DNA of 64,000 nucleotides, taken from the NCBI GenBank assembly GCA_051530055.1, contig CM121341.1:9712784-9776783 (forward strand), written 5' to 3'. This DNA comes from Neoechinorhynchus agilis. Lineage: Eukaryota; Animalia; Acanthocephala. The position numbers and the translations under genes were made by a program. This document shows, piece by piece, positions 48,357 to 61,669 of the stretch. Positions within the stretch are counted from its first letter, which is position 1. Each line of letters opens with the position of its first letter. Below the pieces are notes generated by a model. The model ran no database searches and had not been told where the DNA came from. It saw nothing but the letters and a program-made list of their open reading frames with translations.

Positions 48357-50665
48357 ATGATAAAATCAATTATCGAAACAATTGAACGTCGAGTTTGTGC
48401 CAAATGCACAAATCTGCTAAGTGGCACTTTCAAAATGGGTCCACTGAAACAACCCAGTCAGCAGCCTGCGTGTTTCCTTTGCCTCGGATTGCTTGATCCG
48501 ATTGTTCAGAAGAGATTCGAGCAGCAATTGGTTGATAGCCTGCAAAAATTTTCATCTCCGACCTTCAATCTAAGCCTTCGTCTTTGTTTCTACACGAGAT
48601 TTCGGGAGTCTCTTTTGGAAAGGTGCTTCTTAGAAGCGTTTCCCGATTCGGTTGCGCCTCAAATTGTGGGGATGGTCAAAACTGCATTTAAAGATATTTA
48701 TCTCGACGTAATAGCAAAAAAATTGAATTCGCGAGTTGATCATAAGGTCCGCGAGTATTCCATATGACTAAAAACTCATTTTGAGATATAGTCGAAATTT
48801 ATTGTGGTTATTAAAGGAAAATGTCAAATCAAGGAAAACGATATGAAGGAATTGTAAGTTATTTCCATTAATTTGATGGATTATTTTCTCGGTTTCAGGT
48901 TTTCTATTTACAAAAATAAAATGAAAAAGGTTACCAATCGAACATCGGTGTGTGAGAATAAAACGAAAAATTTAGAATCTTAAATTCAAAACTGATGAAG
49001 TAGAAAGCATTTCAGCTGGAGAAATAGAAAAGATTTTATCGGATTGTAGTGAAAGTGAATTAATTAGGTACTTATTACCTAATCAATAAGTTCGAATAAC
49101 GCTATAAACATAGATTTATTCAAGAACAAGTTGTCGACCATTCGGATTTCAGTATGGAGTTTCAAACGCCGCCAGTTTTTATTGCTGGTAAGTTCTTGAA
49201 TTCGTTTTGCCTTAACCACAAAATGCTGCTGTAAAGGTCGATACTTAAAACTGTGTCGGACAATTCCACAAACTCCGTGGTTCGATAAAAAATCGAGAAT
49301 TGTTGAGTGTTCAGTGCAAGAAATTATTACGGCCCCAATAAAAGAAATACTTGACCATAAAGGTAAAAATGTGTTTCCTTGTTGAATTACTTTTTCCTGT
49401 ATTATAAACTTAGTTTCTCTTCAAGAGAAAAAACTGAATTACTCCCCTCTTTTTGTTATAGAAATGATATCTAAAATTTAAATCCTTTTTCATATTTCAT
49501 CATATGTATTTTTTCTTTTGCAGTTGATAGCTGTTAAAGGTTCAAGATTGTGATAGCTTCATTTTTATTTTTAATTAGAGTGAGAGATTCCTACACTGAA
49601 CCAACTCACTATTCTTAAAAGCGAATGGAGAGATCAGTTAAGTGAGCTACTAATCAAAAGCGCATATTTCTCGACCTTCAGAGTATCCGCGAACATCCCA
49701 CTAAATTTAGACATTTCATTCCTCTCCTCGGGAAGAGAAGACAGCGACGTTCTCATGCTTGGAAAAGGTAATTAAGCCTTAAAAATAATTTCTCATTAGA
49801 TGAGTTTCAGGTCGCCCATTTGTTCTTACCTTAAATAACATTCTGAATTCCAATTTACCGCATGCGTTGGAACTTCAAAAGGTATAATACATTTCTGATT
49901 ATTTTCAATACATTCTCCTTGTAGTCTATAAATGCCTCAACGAATCTTATAAAAGTTCGCGATCTTCAGTACAAAGAAGAGAGGTACTCTTTTACGCATA
50001 AATATGGTAAAATCTTTTCCTGGTTATTAAAAGTGAGGATTCATTGAGACGGATGAAAGAGGGAGAAATGTCTAAGATGAAGCTCTACACTGCTTATTGC
50101 TTATGCCGGTCGTCAGCGATCACAGAAGCGGATTTCGACTTGATGAATTCTATTCAGAATCTCAAAATAATACAGAGGACTCCTTTGCGTGTCTTACATC
50201 GGTACTTTAACCTTTGCTATGGCATAAAATGCAATATCTTTGCACAACTTCGATCAGGCGATCTTTAGTTGATCGAACACGCCAAATTTATTCGATGAAT
50301 GCGGAAAAGCTAACAGATAATTGTTTTATCCTGAGGTTAAAGACTCAAGCAGGAACGTAAGTAGATCTCTCGAATGTTAAAAACATTCATAATAAGCAGT
50401 CTGTGATAAGGTATATAAAAGAGTTTATTCATAGTGATATCGGGCGAACGGAGCCTTCCTTATCTTCTTTACTCGATAAGTCCATTGACATCATGTTTCT
50501 TGATGTTGATGTTAGTTAAATGCAACTCGATCGCACATAATCGCTATAAATCCCTAGGCTGTAGAATTTTCTTTTCCTGAATATACGGATGCTGATGATT
50601 TATTCAGTGAAGAGTGTAAAAAGTTGAGAAAAGAGACTATCAATAAACTGTTGTCATGTTTGTGA
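48357..50665 (+). CDS. PUS10: tRNA pseudouridine synthase Pus10, many short introns
   Basis: CxxC zinc pairs, FIAGRYLK..RTIPQTPW, SGREDSDV..LG.G, QRTPLRVLHR, LKTQAGTYIKEFIH.D.GRT.PSL, DIMFLDV; start codon uncertain. Confidence 0.88.
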
Positions 50666-51701
50666 AATGATTTTTAATAGAACGAGCCCTTTGGAACTTT
50701 GTGACACTCCTGGGGATGATCGTGGATTGGAAAAGATACTACATGTTTATGACGTAAAAATTAAAGGAATTTATTAAATCAAATATTTCGGCATAGTAAA
50801 ATTCACACTGTACATAGATTCAGTTTAAAGTCCCCCTTATTCCCCAGTTTACTATTTCAACTTAAATATAACCCCCATTATAACGCACGATCCCATTCGG
50901 ATTCACATCGTGCCCAAATAGTGGCTTAATGAATTTGGATTAAAGATGCTAATTTCTTAAAATACACAAAAATCATTCTTACACGAAAACAATTTCTTGA
51001 TTTTTCACACCGTACTTTAAAAACCTGCATTTTGCTTATAACATTTCGAGAACTGCAAATCACGACCGAGGGCGATCTTATGACTTTGTTTCAGGTTTGA
51101 TTGCCGATCAGCTATGAAATTGTCATTCAATTCCATAAACGCAGATATAAATTGGTGTTGCCTGAGCTAAACTGTCATTTTCTTAAAAGATAAACCTGAG
51201 GTTTGTACTTAAACTTCTACAAAATATTAAAAGTTATACCGGTGGCATTTATATTCAAGGTTTGGGCCGATATTATGAAAAGTAAATACCTTAATAGTGA
51301 AAATGACAATTGCTTAATACTGATTGCTTTTTGTACGAGCAACGAGAAGGCCAATTCGCAATAAGATTTCATCGAACGTTCTATAGTCCTTACGGTACTC
51401 ACTTTTTTGTGAAGAAAGCTTTCTATTTTTGTTTCAAAATGTAAATGTTCGCATTGCCGCTTGCAATTCAATAATGAAGTATTTTCGACTACAAAGAATG
51501 TTCTTGAACTCTAAAAAAATAGATATATAAATACGTGCTGATTTTAGACCAATTCTCGGCTAATTATGAAGTTTTGTGCGTGGACAACTTGAGATCGTGC
51601 GAATATTGCGGTTGATCTTTATTAATAAACAATCTTTAACACAACCATCAAATACATTAGCAGAAGTTTGTACTCGTACAGTCTCATTTCGATCGTTTGA
51701 A

Positions 51702-52580
51702 TCAGTGGAATTTCAGAGGAAATGCACCTGAGATTCTATGAATTATAGAGCGTATCCTGAGGAAAATATTTTGGCCGAGTCTCGCTGTTTGGTATTTGCA
51801 AGCACGATAATATGTTTGGAATGATGGTTTGTTTGATCCAGGAAATAACCACTGAACAGCATTTTCGATGAAGCTCTTGCACTTAATGGCAGTTGCCGAT
51901 ACAACCATCGACCGTTCTTTGTATCTTATCTCCATCTCGAGATCTTGACTCGTCTCGTGCATAAAATTTGATAGCTGGTCATTTTCAGTTTGAATCGCAT
52001 GGTACGGAACCTTCATCGAAGTATAAGTCTTTTCGAATTCCTTGATCCAAGTATTTAGGAGATCAATCTGACGATCTTTTCTAGCCAACATTCGTTCAAC
52101 TTCACCAGTATGTACATTCAAGTCATCGATTTCCACTTCAAGTTGCTGAGTCTGATTTTTTTCCTTCGTGAGCAATTCTCTCAAGTTATTATTTAAAACT
52201 TCCATGTCATCGATTTCATTTTTAAGCTTTGATAACATCACTGTAACTCGAGATTTTGTTTCGCGAGCCTTATTTTTACACTTGTTTTTATTTTCCTCCA
52301 CGCGTTGTTCCATCATTGTACGATATTTACGCAAATTCAGTCTAATTTGATTTATTTCATCTTTTACGATTTCGTCTTTATTCCGATATATTTCCAACTC
52401 TTTCTGACACTTCACAATATCCGTTTGTAAATCTATAATAAGTTCAGTTATTGGTTGTCTTTCTAACTCGCTGTGAGTTTCCGCTATTTGACTCTCTGAT
52501 AATGAATTGATCATTGGACTATCAAGCACAGGTTCGTCTTCGATTTCAATCGTTTGTTCAACTTGCTTTGGATTGCTCAT
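51702..52580 (-). CDS. Coiled-coil protein of unknown function, intronless
   Basis: 292-aa ATG ORF with heptad-like E/K/L composition; no family recognised. Confidence 0.7.
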   Translation of the reverse strand: MSNPKQVEQTIEIEDEPVLDSPMINSLSESQIAETHSELERQPITELIIDLQTDIVKCQKELEIYRNKDEIVKDEINQIRLNLRKYRTMMEQRVEENKNKCKNKARETKSRVTVMLSKLKNEIDDMEVLNNNLRELLTKEKNQTQQLEVEIDDLNVHTGEVERMLARKDRQIDLLNTWIKEFEKTYTSMKVPYHAIQTENDQLSNFMHETSQDLEMEIRYKERSMVVSATAIKCKSFIENAVQWLFPGSNKPSFQTYYRACKYQTARLGQNIFLRIRSIIHRISGAFPLKFH

Positions 52581-53563
52581 TTCGCTTTATTGTTGTACGT
52601 TTTTTTAACACACTAAGCGTGCTGAATCGGATTGGCCATATCAGAGTTCTAGTGAAATTTGGTAAATAAATTACTGGTTATTATGCCCTAACGAGCGTGC
52701 TTTTGAAAGCAAGTGAAAATCGATTTTATGGATATTTTCGTAAACATATTTTGCAATAGGTTAGGCGTGTGAGTTACTTTAAAACATAATTGAAATCTTC
52801 TTCTAAACAACAAAGAAGCATATTATTGCAATGCTGTCAAAAAATCTCGAGTGCAGACTTTAGTGATATATTCCCCTACCAATTGTATTTTGAGCAATTA
52901 AATCTCTCTAAGAAATTTTACCATGATAAGTTGCTTTTTTAGCAGTTGTTTCGACTGAGAAAAATAATTGTCTATATTCCGTTTGTATTTTAGTAAAATT
53001 ATAATGTCGATTATTACATTTTGTTCCATGTTACAAAAATATTTGCTTGTATTACCACTGGTTTTTAATTTTTTCTTTTTAAGAAGTCAAAATACCGCGA
53101 GTGCTGACTATTTTTTGATTGCTTTATCAATTGTTCTTTAATTGGAAAACGTTCTTTAGAAAGTTGTATATTAAGTGCCCTATCTATTTTTCTGTTTTTC
53201 GCCTTGGAAAAATCATTGTCGCTGTTCTGTTACCGTTTTTCCTTACCAATGGCCTTTTAACGGTAAAATATAAAACCGCACTGTTTTTAGCAGTGGCTTT
53301 CAATTAGAAAAATCAATATCTGTGTACTGTTTCCGTTTCCAATTTTGTAAATTAATCGATGGAATCGCTATTGGGAATTGAAAATAAAATTAGCCCGGAC
53401 TACAATAACGACAAATAAAAGTGAGGATCTAGTTTTCGATAATGACAATGCGACGCTTTGCTCACCTCAGTCTCACTTCAATGAGCAATGAAAAACTTTT
53501 GAGTCTTAGCAAAACCTCAGAAGTTCGTTCTTAGTCGAAAAAGAATACCTAGCATCAAGCGCG

Positions 53564-54220
53564 ATGTTCCCTGAATACACCCTTTATTACTTTGATCTCG
53601 AAGGACGAGCTGAAGTTATACGACTAATGCTTCATGCAATTGGTATACCATTCACGGACCTTAGATTTGAAACTGAAGATTGGCCTTTGAAATATAAACC
53701 CGTTATGCCATTAAACAAAGTTCCAGTTCTCAAGGTAGACGATGAAGTCCTGTGTGAAACAAGCTCGATAATTCGATTCCTCAGTAAAAAGTATAACTTG
53801 AATGGAAAAACGCGAATTGACGCTGCACGTTGCGATGCAGTCCTTTTGATCGTTGATGAATATTTCTCAAAACTTATACAAGCTTTTCAAGTCCCACCTA
53901 ATGAAAGCCCAGCAAGGCAGCAAACGTTTTACGACGAGGAAATACCGAAATCAATCGCTCTACTTGAAAAATTAGAGCAGCTCTATGGGAAAGGTGGTTA
54001 CATAATCACTGACCAATTGACTTGCGCAGATCTTTATGTCTACTACTATTTTCGAACAATTCATTCCTATTTACGCAAAGAAGCCAAAAGTGAATTTGTC
54101 TCTAGAAATAAGAGAACGGTAGAATCGGTTCCGATTTTGAAAGAGTATTTTGCAAATCGTTGGTCAATTGAGGATGTATGGAAGATCATTGATCGGGTTT
54201 ATTCGAGTTATTCTCAATAA
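53564..54220 (+). CDS. gst: Glutathione S-transferase (sigma-like class), intronless
   Basis: LYYFDLEGRAEVIRLML, P..KVPVL.VD, ETSSI.RFL..KYNL.GKT, LTCADL. Confidence 0.92.
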   Translation: MFPEYTLYYFDLEGRAEVIRLMLHAIGIPFTDLRFETEDWPLKYKPVMPLNKVPVLKVDDEVLCETSSIIRFLSKKYNLNGKTRIDAARCDAVLLIVDEYFSKLIQAFQVPPNESPARQQTFYDEEIPKSIALLEKLEQLYGKGGYIITDQLTCADLYVYYYFRTIHSYLRKEAKSEFVSRNKRTVESVPILKEYFANRWSIEDVWKIIDRVYSSYSQ

Positions 54221-55149
54221 ATTTTGAGTGGATTTCATTCTGTGGTCAAGTTGTCTTAATAATTTTGGATTAGTGAAAAATATAATACTCATATCTCGAG
54301 TTCCGTTAATATGAATCGTTGTTAATAATTATTGCGACAATCAATTTTTCAATCGTTTTTATAACTTCGAGTAGCGCACTATTAGTATACACCCACAAAC
54401 GCAAATGAATATTACGGTTCTTGATTGTTCTAAGAAAATTATCAGGTGAAAGAGGAGGTAATTTTTAGGGTTCTTGTAAAATATCAATCAATTTGGACGC
54501 TATGCTCTTTTGATAATTAATATTATCATGGCTTCTCGAGAGCGTATAAATAATGACGAAGAAACATAAAATTCACTTAAGTAATTCCTAACGCTATCGC
54601 AGGATTTAGAAATTAACATAATCTCAGTTAAAACGTTACAATGACAATTTTGAACAAAAATCGAATGCATTATTTTTTCCATCAATTAGTAAGAAATTCA
54701 TCGTTTAATCTTTAGAAGTTTTTTTTCAAAGATTTCTTACAGGATAATGTTTTCTAAACGTGCATCTTGATTAAACCGTTTTCTATTTGGTTACTTTTCT
54801 TTACATTCACCACATCTTTAGAATCAAACCTTTAGTGAAACGAGTTTCTTATTAAATGCAAAGAACTTTCACGACGTAATCCCAATATCAACTTTTAAAT
54901 ATGTATTTAAACCGATGAAACATGCGCATTCCGATCTTCGTTGTTCTCATCTCCCATTCGACGTCTTCGAATATTTCCGCTAAGTCCTCGTTTATAAGCC
55001 CTCACAATCACTACGCATCCAATTAATCACTTAAGTTAATCTATACCAAGAAATATACCTCGATAGATGTGAATACTTGGACAGAATGATAAGGATTTGT
55101 CTTTAATTCGTGAAATTTAATCGAAAATTGTATTGTATGCAACGGTACT

Positions 55150-58100
55150 TTCCTACGTTGCACCGTAGGTATAAGCCCGTCAAATAGAATTAGACTCCGC
55201 GAGGGATCTAAAATACACGACAGCAGTCCTGTTATGCCGGCAATTCGCGTCTCTTAAAATCAGGTCATCGTATGTACGACAGTTCCCTTTGCCTTTACGA
55301 TACAATGTCGTTGGCTTCGAGAAAAGGAACTGTTGCACGACCTGTGGGCAAGATGCCTCGGACCGGATTATATTGCCCGTGAACTGCAGTCGTCTGCGGC
55401 GCAAATATTCACGGGGCGGTTGGGCTCCGGCTTTCTTATACAGTGCTTTGTTGGTCACTTTATCTGACCATCTAACCTTGAACGCCGTACGTAAGAGAGA
55501 TGAATGATTATGGTCGAACTGCCTCGTCGCCGTTAGTGACAGTGTCCAGGTCTCTGCATTGAAGTAGAGAATGCTCTCAATTAGAGTCCTGAACAGCTGC
55601 GAACGGAGTTCATCTGGCAGACTGTCAAACAGTGGTTTAAGTTGCCCCATTGCTCTCCAAGCTATAGCTCTCCGTCGGCTGACATCCGCACTCACCTCAG
55701 GAACGACAGTTACCGCTCTATCTGTTTTAATTGCTCAACGCCATTCGGCCCTTCGCCAGAGACTGTATGCGCGACATGCGGAATCGTCAAGAATTCCGTC
55801 TTTTTCGAGTTGATGGTCAGACCAAGAAGAAATCCATCTTCATCATTCGGTAGTGCCCATCTCATTACCCAATCAAGCACAAAGATGAAGAGGAAAGGAG
55901 CCAATGTGTCGCCCTGCAGAACACCTGAAGTGGTGGAAAAGTATTCTGTCAAACCGCCAGCTGTCTTTACGGCGGACCTTGTGTTTTTATATAATGCCAT
56001 AACGGATGTGACAATGATCGGCGGCACTCCATACTCCTTTAAGATACCGCCAATCATCGTTCGATTTACCGAATGGAAAGCACGACGGAAATCAACAAAT
56101 ACCAGCGTCACGTCCGTTTGAAGAATTCGTGCCTCCTCGAGGATCCTCCTCAAAGCCAATATGTGCTCTGTGGTGCCTCGACCTTTCCTGAAGCCGTTCT
56201 GTTTAATTCTTAGAAACGGTTCGAGGATTGGCTGAATTCGGCGTCTCAAAATGCTGCTGAAAAGTTTTGCCGTGTTGGACAACAACGATATACCTCTGCA
56301 GTCCTCCACCTTTGTCGAGCAGCATTTCTTGGGGATCATTGTTAAATGCGCCGTTTGCCAGATTTGAGGTACTGAGCCACCATTCATTATGCCATTCATT
56401 GTCTGTATGATTTTTCTGGCAAAAAATTCAAACCTCAGTACCTCTGCCATTATCCCATCTGGGTCTGATGCACGTCCCGCACGTATCATTTTCGCCGCAG
56501 CGATCGCTTCCTTCACGGGAATCGGTCCAGTGAAGTATGCCTCAGTGCTTGGGACGATTGTGCCTTTTGGAAGTGCAGGACTCACTTCCAAAGACGATAA
56601 TGGTGAATTGAGAATTTCCGCATAATTTGCGATTCTCTTTTTTCTGATTTCCGGGAGGGACCTTCAATCAAAGTTGGCTGTCTTTGGAATCTTCCTGTGA
56701 GAGAGTATCGCTCTCCATGCTAAGGAGGTACGAACAACACCTTCCTTATATGCAATCCCGCGAACTGCATCCTCTATCGAAGCTTTTTTGCTTTTCATTA
56801 GAGGTTGGCAAGTTCAAGACTTGCAATGCGAGCCTCAGATCGTTTTCCTCTTTTTCTTAGAGTTTTGATCTGCTCAGCCATTGCCATAATTTCACAGTCC
56901 TCCTGCCATGTAACCTTTGCAACTTTTATACGCCTAATTTTTGGGAGGGTTTTCTCGGCCGCTTCGATCACTGCGTCGCAGATTGACTTGTAATAAAAAT
57001 CAATATCCGTTCCAGCAGCTGGCGTCGAGCTCAGTTGATTCTCTAGTTCGATATCGAACTCTTTCCTCTTCTCCTCATTAGCGAGGGCGCCATAGAACGG
57101 GCGTGGAGGATGCTGAGGCGTACGGAACAACGAGTCACTCATGCTCAACTGACACATCACCAACTTGTGGTCGGTTGGCAGGCCATCAACTGTGAATGTG
57201 CCAGCGCTTCTGACCCGACATTTTTCCCTACGTCTCAACAATATATGGTCAAGCTGAGCTAAGCGTCTTGGGATTTTTTCCCATGGCATGTTTGGACGGA
57301 TTCTTTTGACCCATAAACGTCGCAAAACGCCATGGACGCTTCCGGAAAAAAAGTGTTGACAGACACGAGACCATGCCGCTCCAGCGCCTCAACCAAGTAC
57401 CGGCTGTTCATTCTCGCCTTTAAACACATATAGCGATCTTTCGGAATGCGGTAAAATCGCGTTGAAGTCACCGGCTATTAGGAGGGTGTCTCTGTTCGGT
57501 ACATCATCTAATGCTTCGGCTGGATTTCGATAAAATCCTTTAACCGCCTCTTCATCCGACGAGAAGGTCGGTGAATATACGCCAAAAGCATAGAGATTTC
57601 TCGACCGAAGCTTTATGCTGACACGAAGGATTCGGTCAGTTATAATACTGCATAGTGCAGAGTTTCGGAGATGGGGTGATAAACAAACGTCTACACCTCC
57701 ATTTCCTCGACTGTCCGCAGATAGGTAAGATAATGACCAGCCTCCTCCTAAATCCTCCTGATTTACGTCTGTGCCTGACTGGCCTCTTATGCGCAATTCT
57801 TGTAAAAACACAAGATCCATTCTGGCGTCCCTTTGCTCTGAAATAGCTGGGCTAAGGGACTCACGGCTGTCAGCGCCACCTGAACAGTCCGTACCCACAA
57901 CGGTGATGAGCTTCGACTGACGCTCTCATTGCCTCCGGTGACAGTTTCGCTCATTTCGACGCTCAAGTCGTCGGCGAGAGCTACGACGCCCTCGCTTTTT
58001 CCCGTTGCACTGGTGGATTTTGTTGCTCCTGTTCGCTGCCGCATCACTAAGTGGAGCGGCACACCGACCCCGCGTTGAGAGGCTACTATCAGTAGCTGTC

Positions 58101-58170
58101 TGGCCGCCGTAACTGCTTCTTTTGCGTGACCGACAAGAATCAGTAACATCAAGTCCGATCATCGTGTAAG
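55150..58170 (-). mobile_element. RTE-clade LINE, near full length, decayed
   Basis: APE (FLQELR, GNGGV, YSPT, IAGDFNA, LDHIL, TDH), RT (CRGISLL, QNGFRKGRGT, FVDFRRAF, GVLQGDTLAPFLF), RTE-like C-terminus ESILYFNAETWTL; YADD segment missing. Confidence 0.9.
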
Positions 58171-58504
58171 AAAGTTAGGGACTGAAAGAAGTTGCACTTG
58201 TGCATTAGTTGTATCTCAGTTAATTGAAGCACGCGATTGTGCGATTCAATGCGAGAACAAGAGAAATTTTTGGAAGATAATGAGGGCAAAAGGTTGAAGA
58301 AAAATATATACTCGAGTTTATAGCAGTAATTCTTAGGAAAAAGTCAAACAGCTATAAATTAAGGTTGACGCTACTTTAGCACTATAAATTTTTGTCTTTG
58401 GAGTGAAACGAAAAAGACCACGGACTAAACGTGAACCTGTAAAAGTTCGCAGCTGGTAAATGTAGATTCGAAATATGAAATCAAAACGGCTTACAATTAT
58501 TTAT

Positions 58505-58747
58505 TCAGTGAAGAAATAAGTCAATCTTATCAATAACTTGGTCGATTGCCTCACGAATATCACAATTCAGCATTTCAAGTAATGTCTGGATAATCGGAAT
58601 TGCGATTAAAACGACAAAGAAGTCGGGAATCCATTCGGGTCCTAAAAGATACGCTTCGGTGTATATGGAAAAAACCGTTACAACAAACGAAATTCCAAGA
58701 CTTCCAAGAACTCCTTTTTGACTTAATATTTTCTTTAATTGCACCAT
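58505..58747 (-). CDS. Small orphan membrane protein (80 aa, two hydrophobic helices)
   Basis: ATG ORF; VLGSLGISFVVTVFSIY and FFVVLIAIPIIQTLL. Confidence 0.45.
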   Translation of the reverse strand: MVQLKKILSQKGVLGSLGISFVVTVFSIYTEAYLLGPEWIPDFFVVLIAIPIIQTLLEMLNCDIREAIDQVIDKIDLFLH

Positions 58748-58903
58748 TGGCTTCAGCTTTGAATAAACCCTGGTAATGTTAGTTGCTTATTGAAAAGTAT
58801 CATTGTATACCCAATTGATGATTGCCAAATAGTAACCATGGCTACCTTTTCTCGAAAAGTAGAGATATAAATTTGTTCAAAATTCGAAATCGCCTCTGCA
58901 TCT

Positions 58904-59110
58904 ATGGCGTATGATGAACTTAAAGGCAGATTCGTGCGGGTTAAAGAACGTAAAGATTATAATCAGAAGATAGCGGTTTCCGCTCGCCGACCTAACGATT
59001 CGAATGGCTACGTCCATCGAGACGTTGACTCCTTTATCCGTAATATGAAGGCGGTTGAAGCTACGACCGGGAACGTTGATGTCGCTATGCGAACCCACGC
59101 ATTTAATGAG
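58904..59110 (+). CDS. Probable first exon of an unidentified spliced gene
   Basis: ATG ORF with protein-like composition up to GAG|GTTAGT donor at ~59110; remainder of the listed ORF looks intronic. Confidence 0.4.
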
Positions 59111-60435
59111 GTTAGTCATTTTGGTTATTTCCACAATGAAACTTCGAAACATATTTCCCGTAATATTCCAGAAATGATCACGTTCCCCAATTTCCCCATT
59201 ATTATAATAATTATCGACAGAAAATCCTTCGGTTTAATCAATGTATACTTTTGAGTTTTTTTAAATAATTCAAAGCAACTTTCGTTTTTGGACGCCTCGT
59301 CTGAACAACGATGTTGTAAGGAAATAAAATGTTGTAGTTGAAATTCGGGCCGTTACGAAAACTGCGAAACTCAAAGTTTAATATTTTCACATTGAATTAT
59401 TGCGTGCTAAAAGTGAAGAATGTTTACTTCGTTGCGGTCACGAGTGATTTCTGGTTATGAAGCTAAAATACCGTGATTATGAGCATTAAAGGCACGAAGA
59501 GTTGGAAACTTCGACGTGGATCGATGTAGCATTTTAATTTGGCTACGTTCTAAAAGGACGCTTATTTAAAGAAAAAAGTTATTGGAAAATATTTATTTTT
59601 ATTGTTTATCTATTTTGATCCTTAATAAATCCGAGAACCTTAAAAATTATTTAAGTGTAAATATGCGCTTTATTGGATTTAAAGTGCCACTAAAGTAAGC
59701 TCCATAATCCTTAAAAATCGTTCGCGAGTTAAAACAATATTTAATCAGTGTTCTGAACAGCCGCAAAATAATAATGGGAATCTAATGGCACTATTTTATC
59801 TCTGACCGACTTTTAGAATTTAAGTTTATCGCAAAACTACACTAACAAGAATTAATTTTCGCTAAAACCACATCAAAGTCTTCAAAGCGATTCACATTTT
59901 TTGGTTTAAAATAACGTAAGTTTACGGTCTATAAGAGTAGACATCGTGTCCTTTGACTTAAAACGTTATATTACTTACCATTACTCATACTTCTAACTCT
60001 CCATAAATTTTCCGTGACTACACCTTAACAAATCAAAAGTTTTCAATCTTGAAAAGTCACCACCCGTTTCAAAGCACAATATGAATTCGTTGCTGATTAC
60101 GATCGCCTTATTGATAACCCAATCTCTATCGATGGTTCCGATAAGTAAGAAAAATTCAAAGCAGTCGAATGAATCCACAATTACATTTGACGTCCTTAAA
60201 GAAAGCATTTTTAATAAGAGTATAAACGTAGATCAATGATCTCAATATTTATCTAAAATATTGATGACCAATGATGAAGATCGATGTGGACGAAAACTAC
60301 GTAAACATGTACATTTCTGGATAACATACAGTAGTCCTGTAGAAGGAATTCATAACCTAAAATTTCGATACGATTTCATTTATTCTAAGCAAATACTTTC
60401 ATTTTTTCCTTTAAAATGAAAAGGTTTGTTTTCAG

Positions 60436-60700
60436 GGATACTCGAACGGGGTCATCTATACCCGAGACGTTCTAAAAGCGCCTACTCTTACATGGATAAA
60501 CAACAATTATCCACTCGACGAAATTCTAATCCTTATGAGGCGATATCCAGCTGCATATAAATACCTCGAGGCTTGTACGTTTAGAGATGCGGAGCAATCA
60601 ATTTTGAAGGAACATAATGTGGAAAGATGGACACCGGATTTTTTAACTTTTTATAGCAAGCTCGACTGCCCGGGCCTCAATAGGATCCCAAACTCGAAAT
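60436..60700 (+). CDS. Probable terminal exon of an unidentified gene
   Basis: TTTTCAG acceptor followed by ~88 open codons GYSNGVIYTRDVLKAP..DCPGLNRIPNSK*. Confidence 0.35.
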
Positions 60701-61669
60701 AATGATACCGTCAAGGCAAAATATTTTAAACCTAATAATAAAATGCTTCATCCATTAACAGTAATTGATAAGATGTTTTTCTTCTTAAACGATTTTTATT
60801 TTAAAACACGTTCGAATTTACCTATAATTTTTTTAATTTTTGTTCTACCACAAGGGCTATTCGATTAATGTTCGTTTCGATAAAGAATTGATTTCTAGTT
60901 TATAGATTTATTGCTGGAAATGCTTGCAATTATAGAATTATTACGAATTTCAATTTATTCCCCGTTCTTAATTATTCATGCAATATTACTCTCGCAAACG
61001 TCTTCCTTTTCGAACTTAACTTTATTTGATAAATTCAAAATGATATTGGGATTTACAATTGCCTGTGAAAGCTAAGTTCCAACTGAAAAAAATCGCGCAA
61101 TAAATTAAAATATTTCTCCGACGTAAAGTACTTTTGCACAACATCTTTGCTTTTAATTTACGTAAAAGAAAAACCGAAATGAAGTTCGGACTGAACCCTT
61201 TCACTTTTCATGCCGTTTACATAGTGTCTTATACGAGCGAAAACGAATGTGCATTAATTTAATTAAGCTCGTCTAGATACATCATGATTTCAACTGAAAA
61301 AATAGCAAATTGGGTTGCGAAAGCTAGAGCAATTTTGCGTGCTGACAAGATTTCTCCTTAATGCAAATGTATGTTTATTCATGCGGCACGGAGCTTAGCT
61401 TCCAGTGAAACAGTGAGATAAATTGGCTATATATTGTTATTGGATATAATGAATACAATAGCAAATTGCAATATAGTTTGTTGTTGTTTTTGAGCCAATG
61501 AAGTGTTGAAAATCTTATATTTTTTCAAAACGTACGATTAATATCTCAAATTCAAAATACGGCCTTATTATTTGTTATCCCGTCCAATCCTTTGGGACAA
61601 CATCATGGTAATAAGGGCCCGTTAAAGATAAAACGACCTCGAACGCCATTGACATAGCTGACCAGACCA

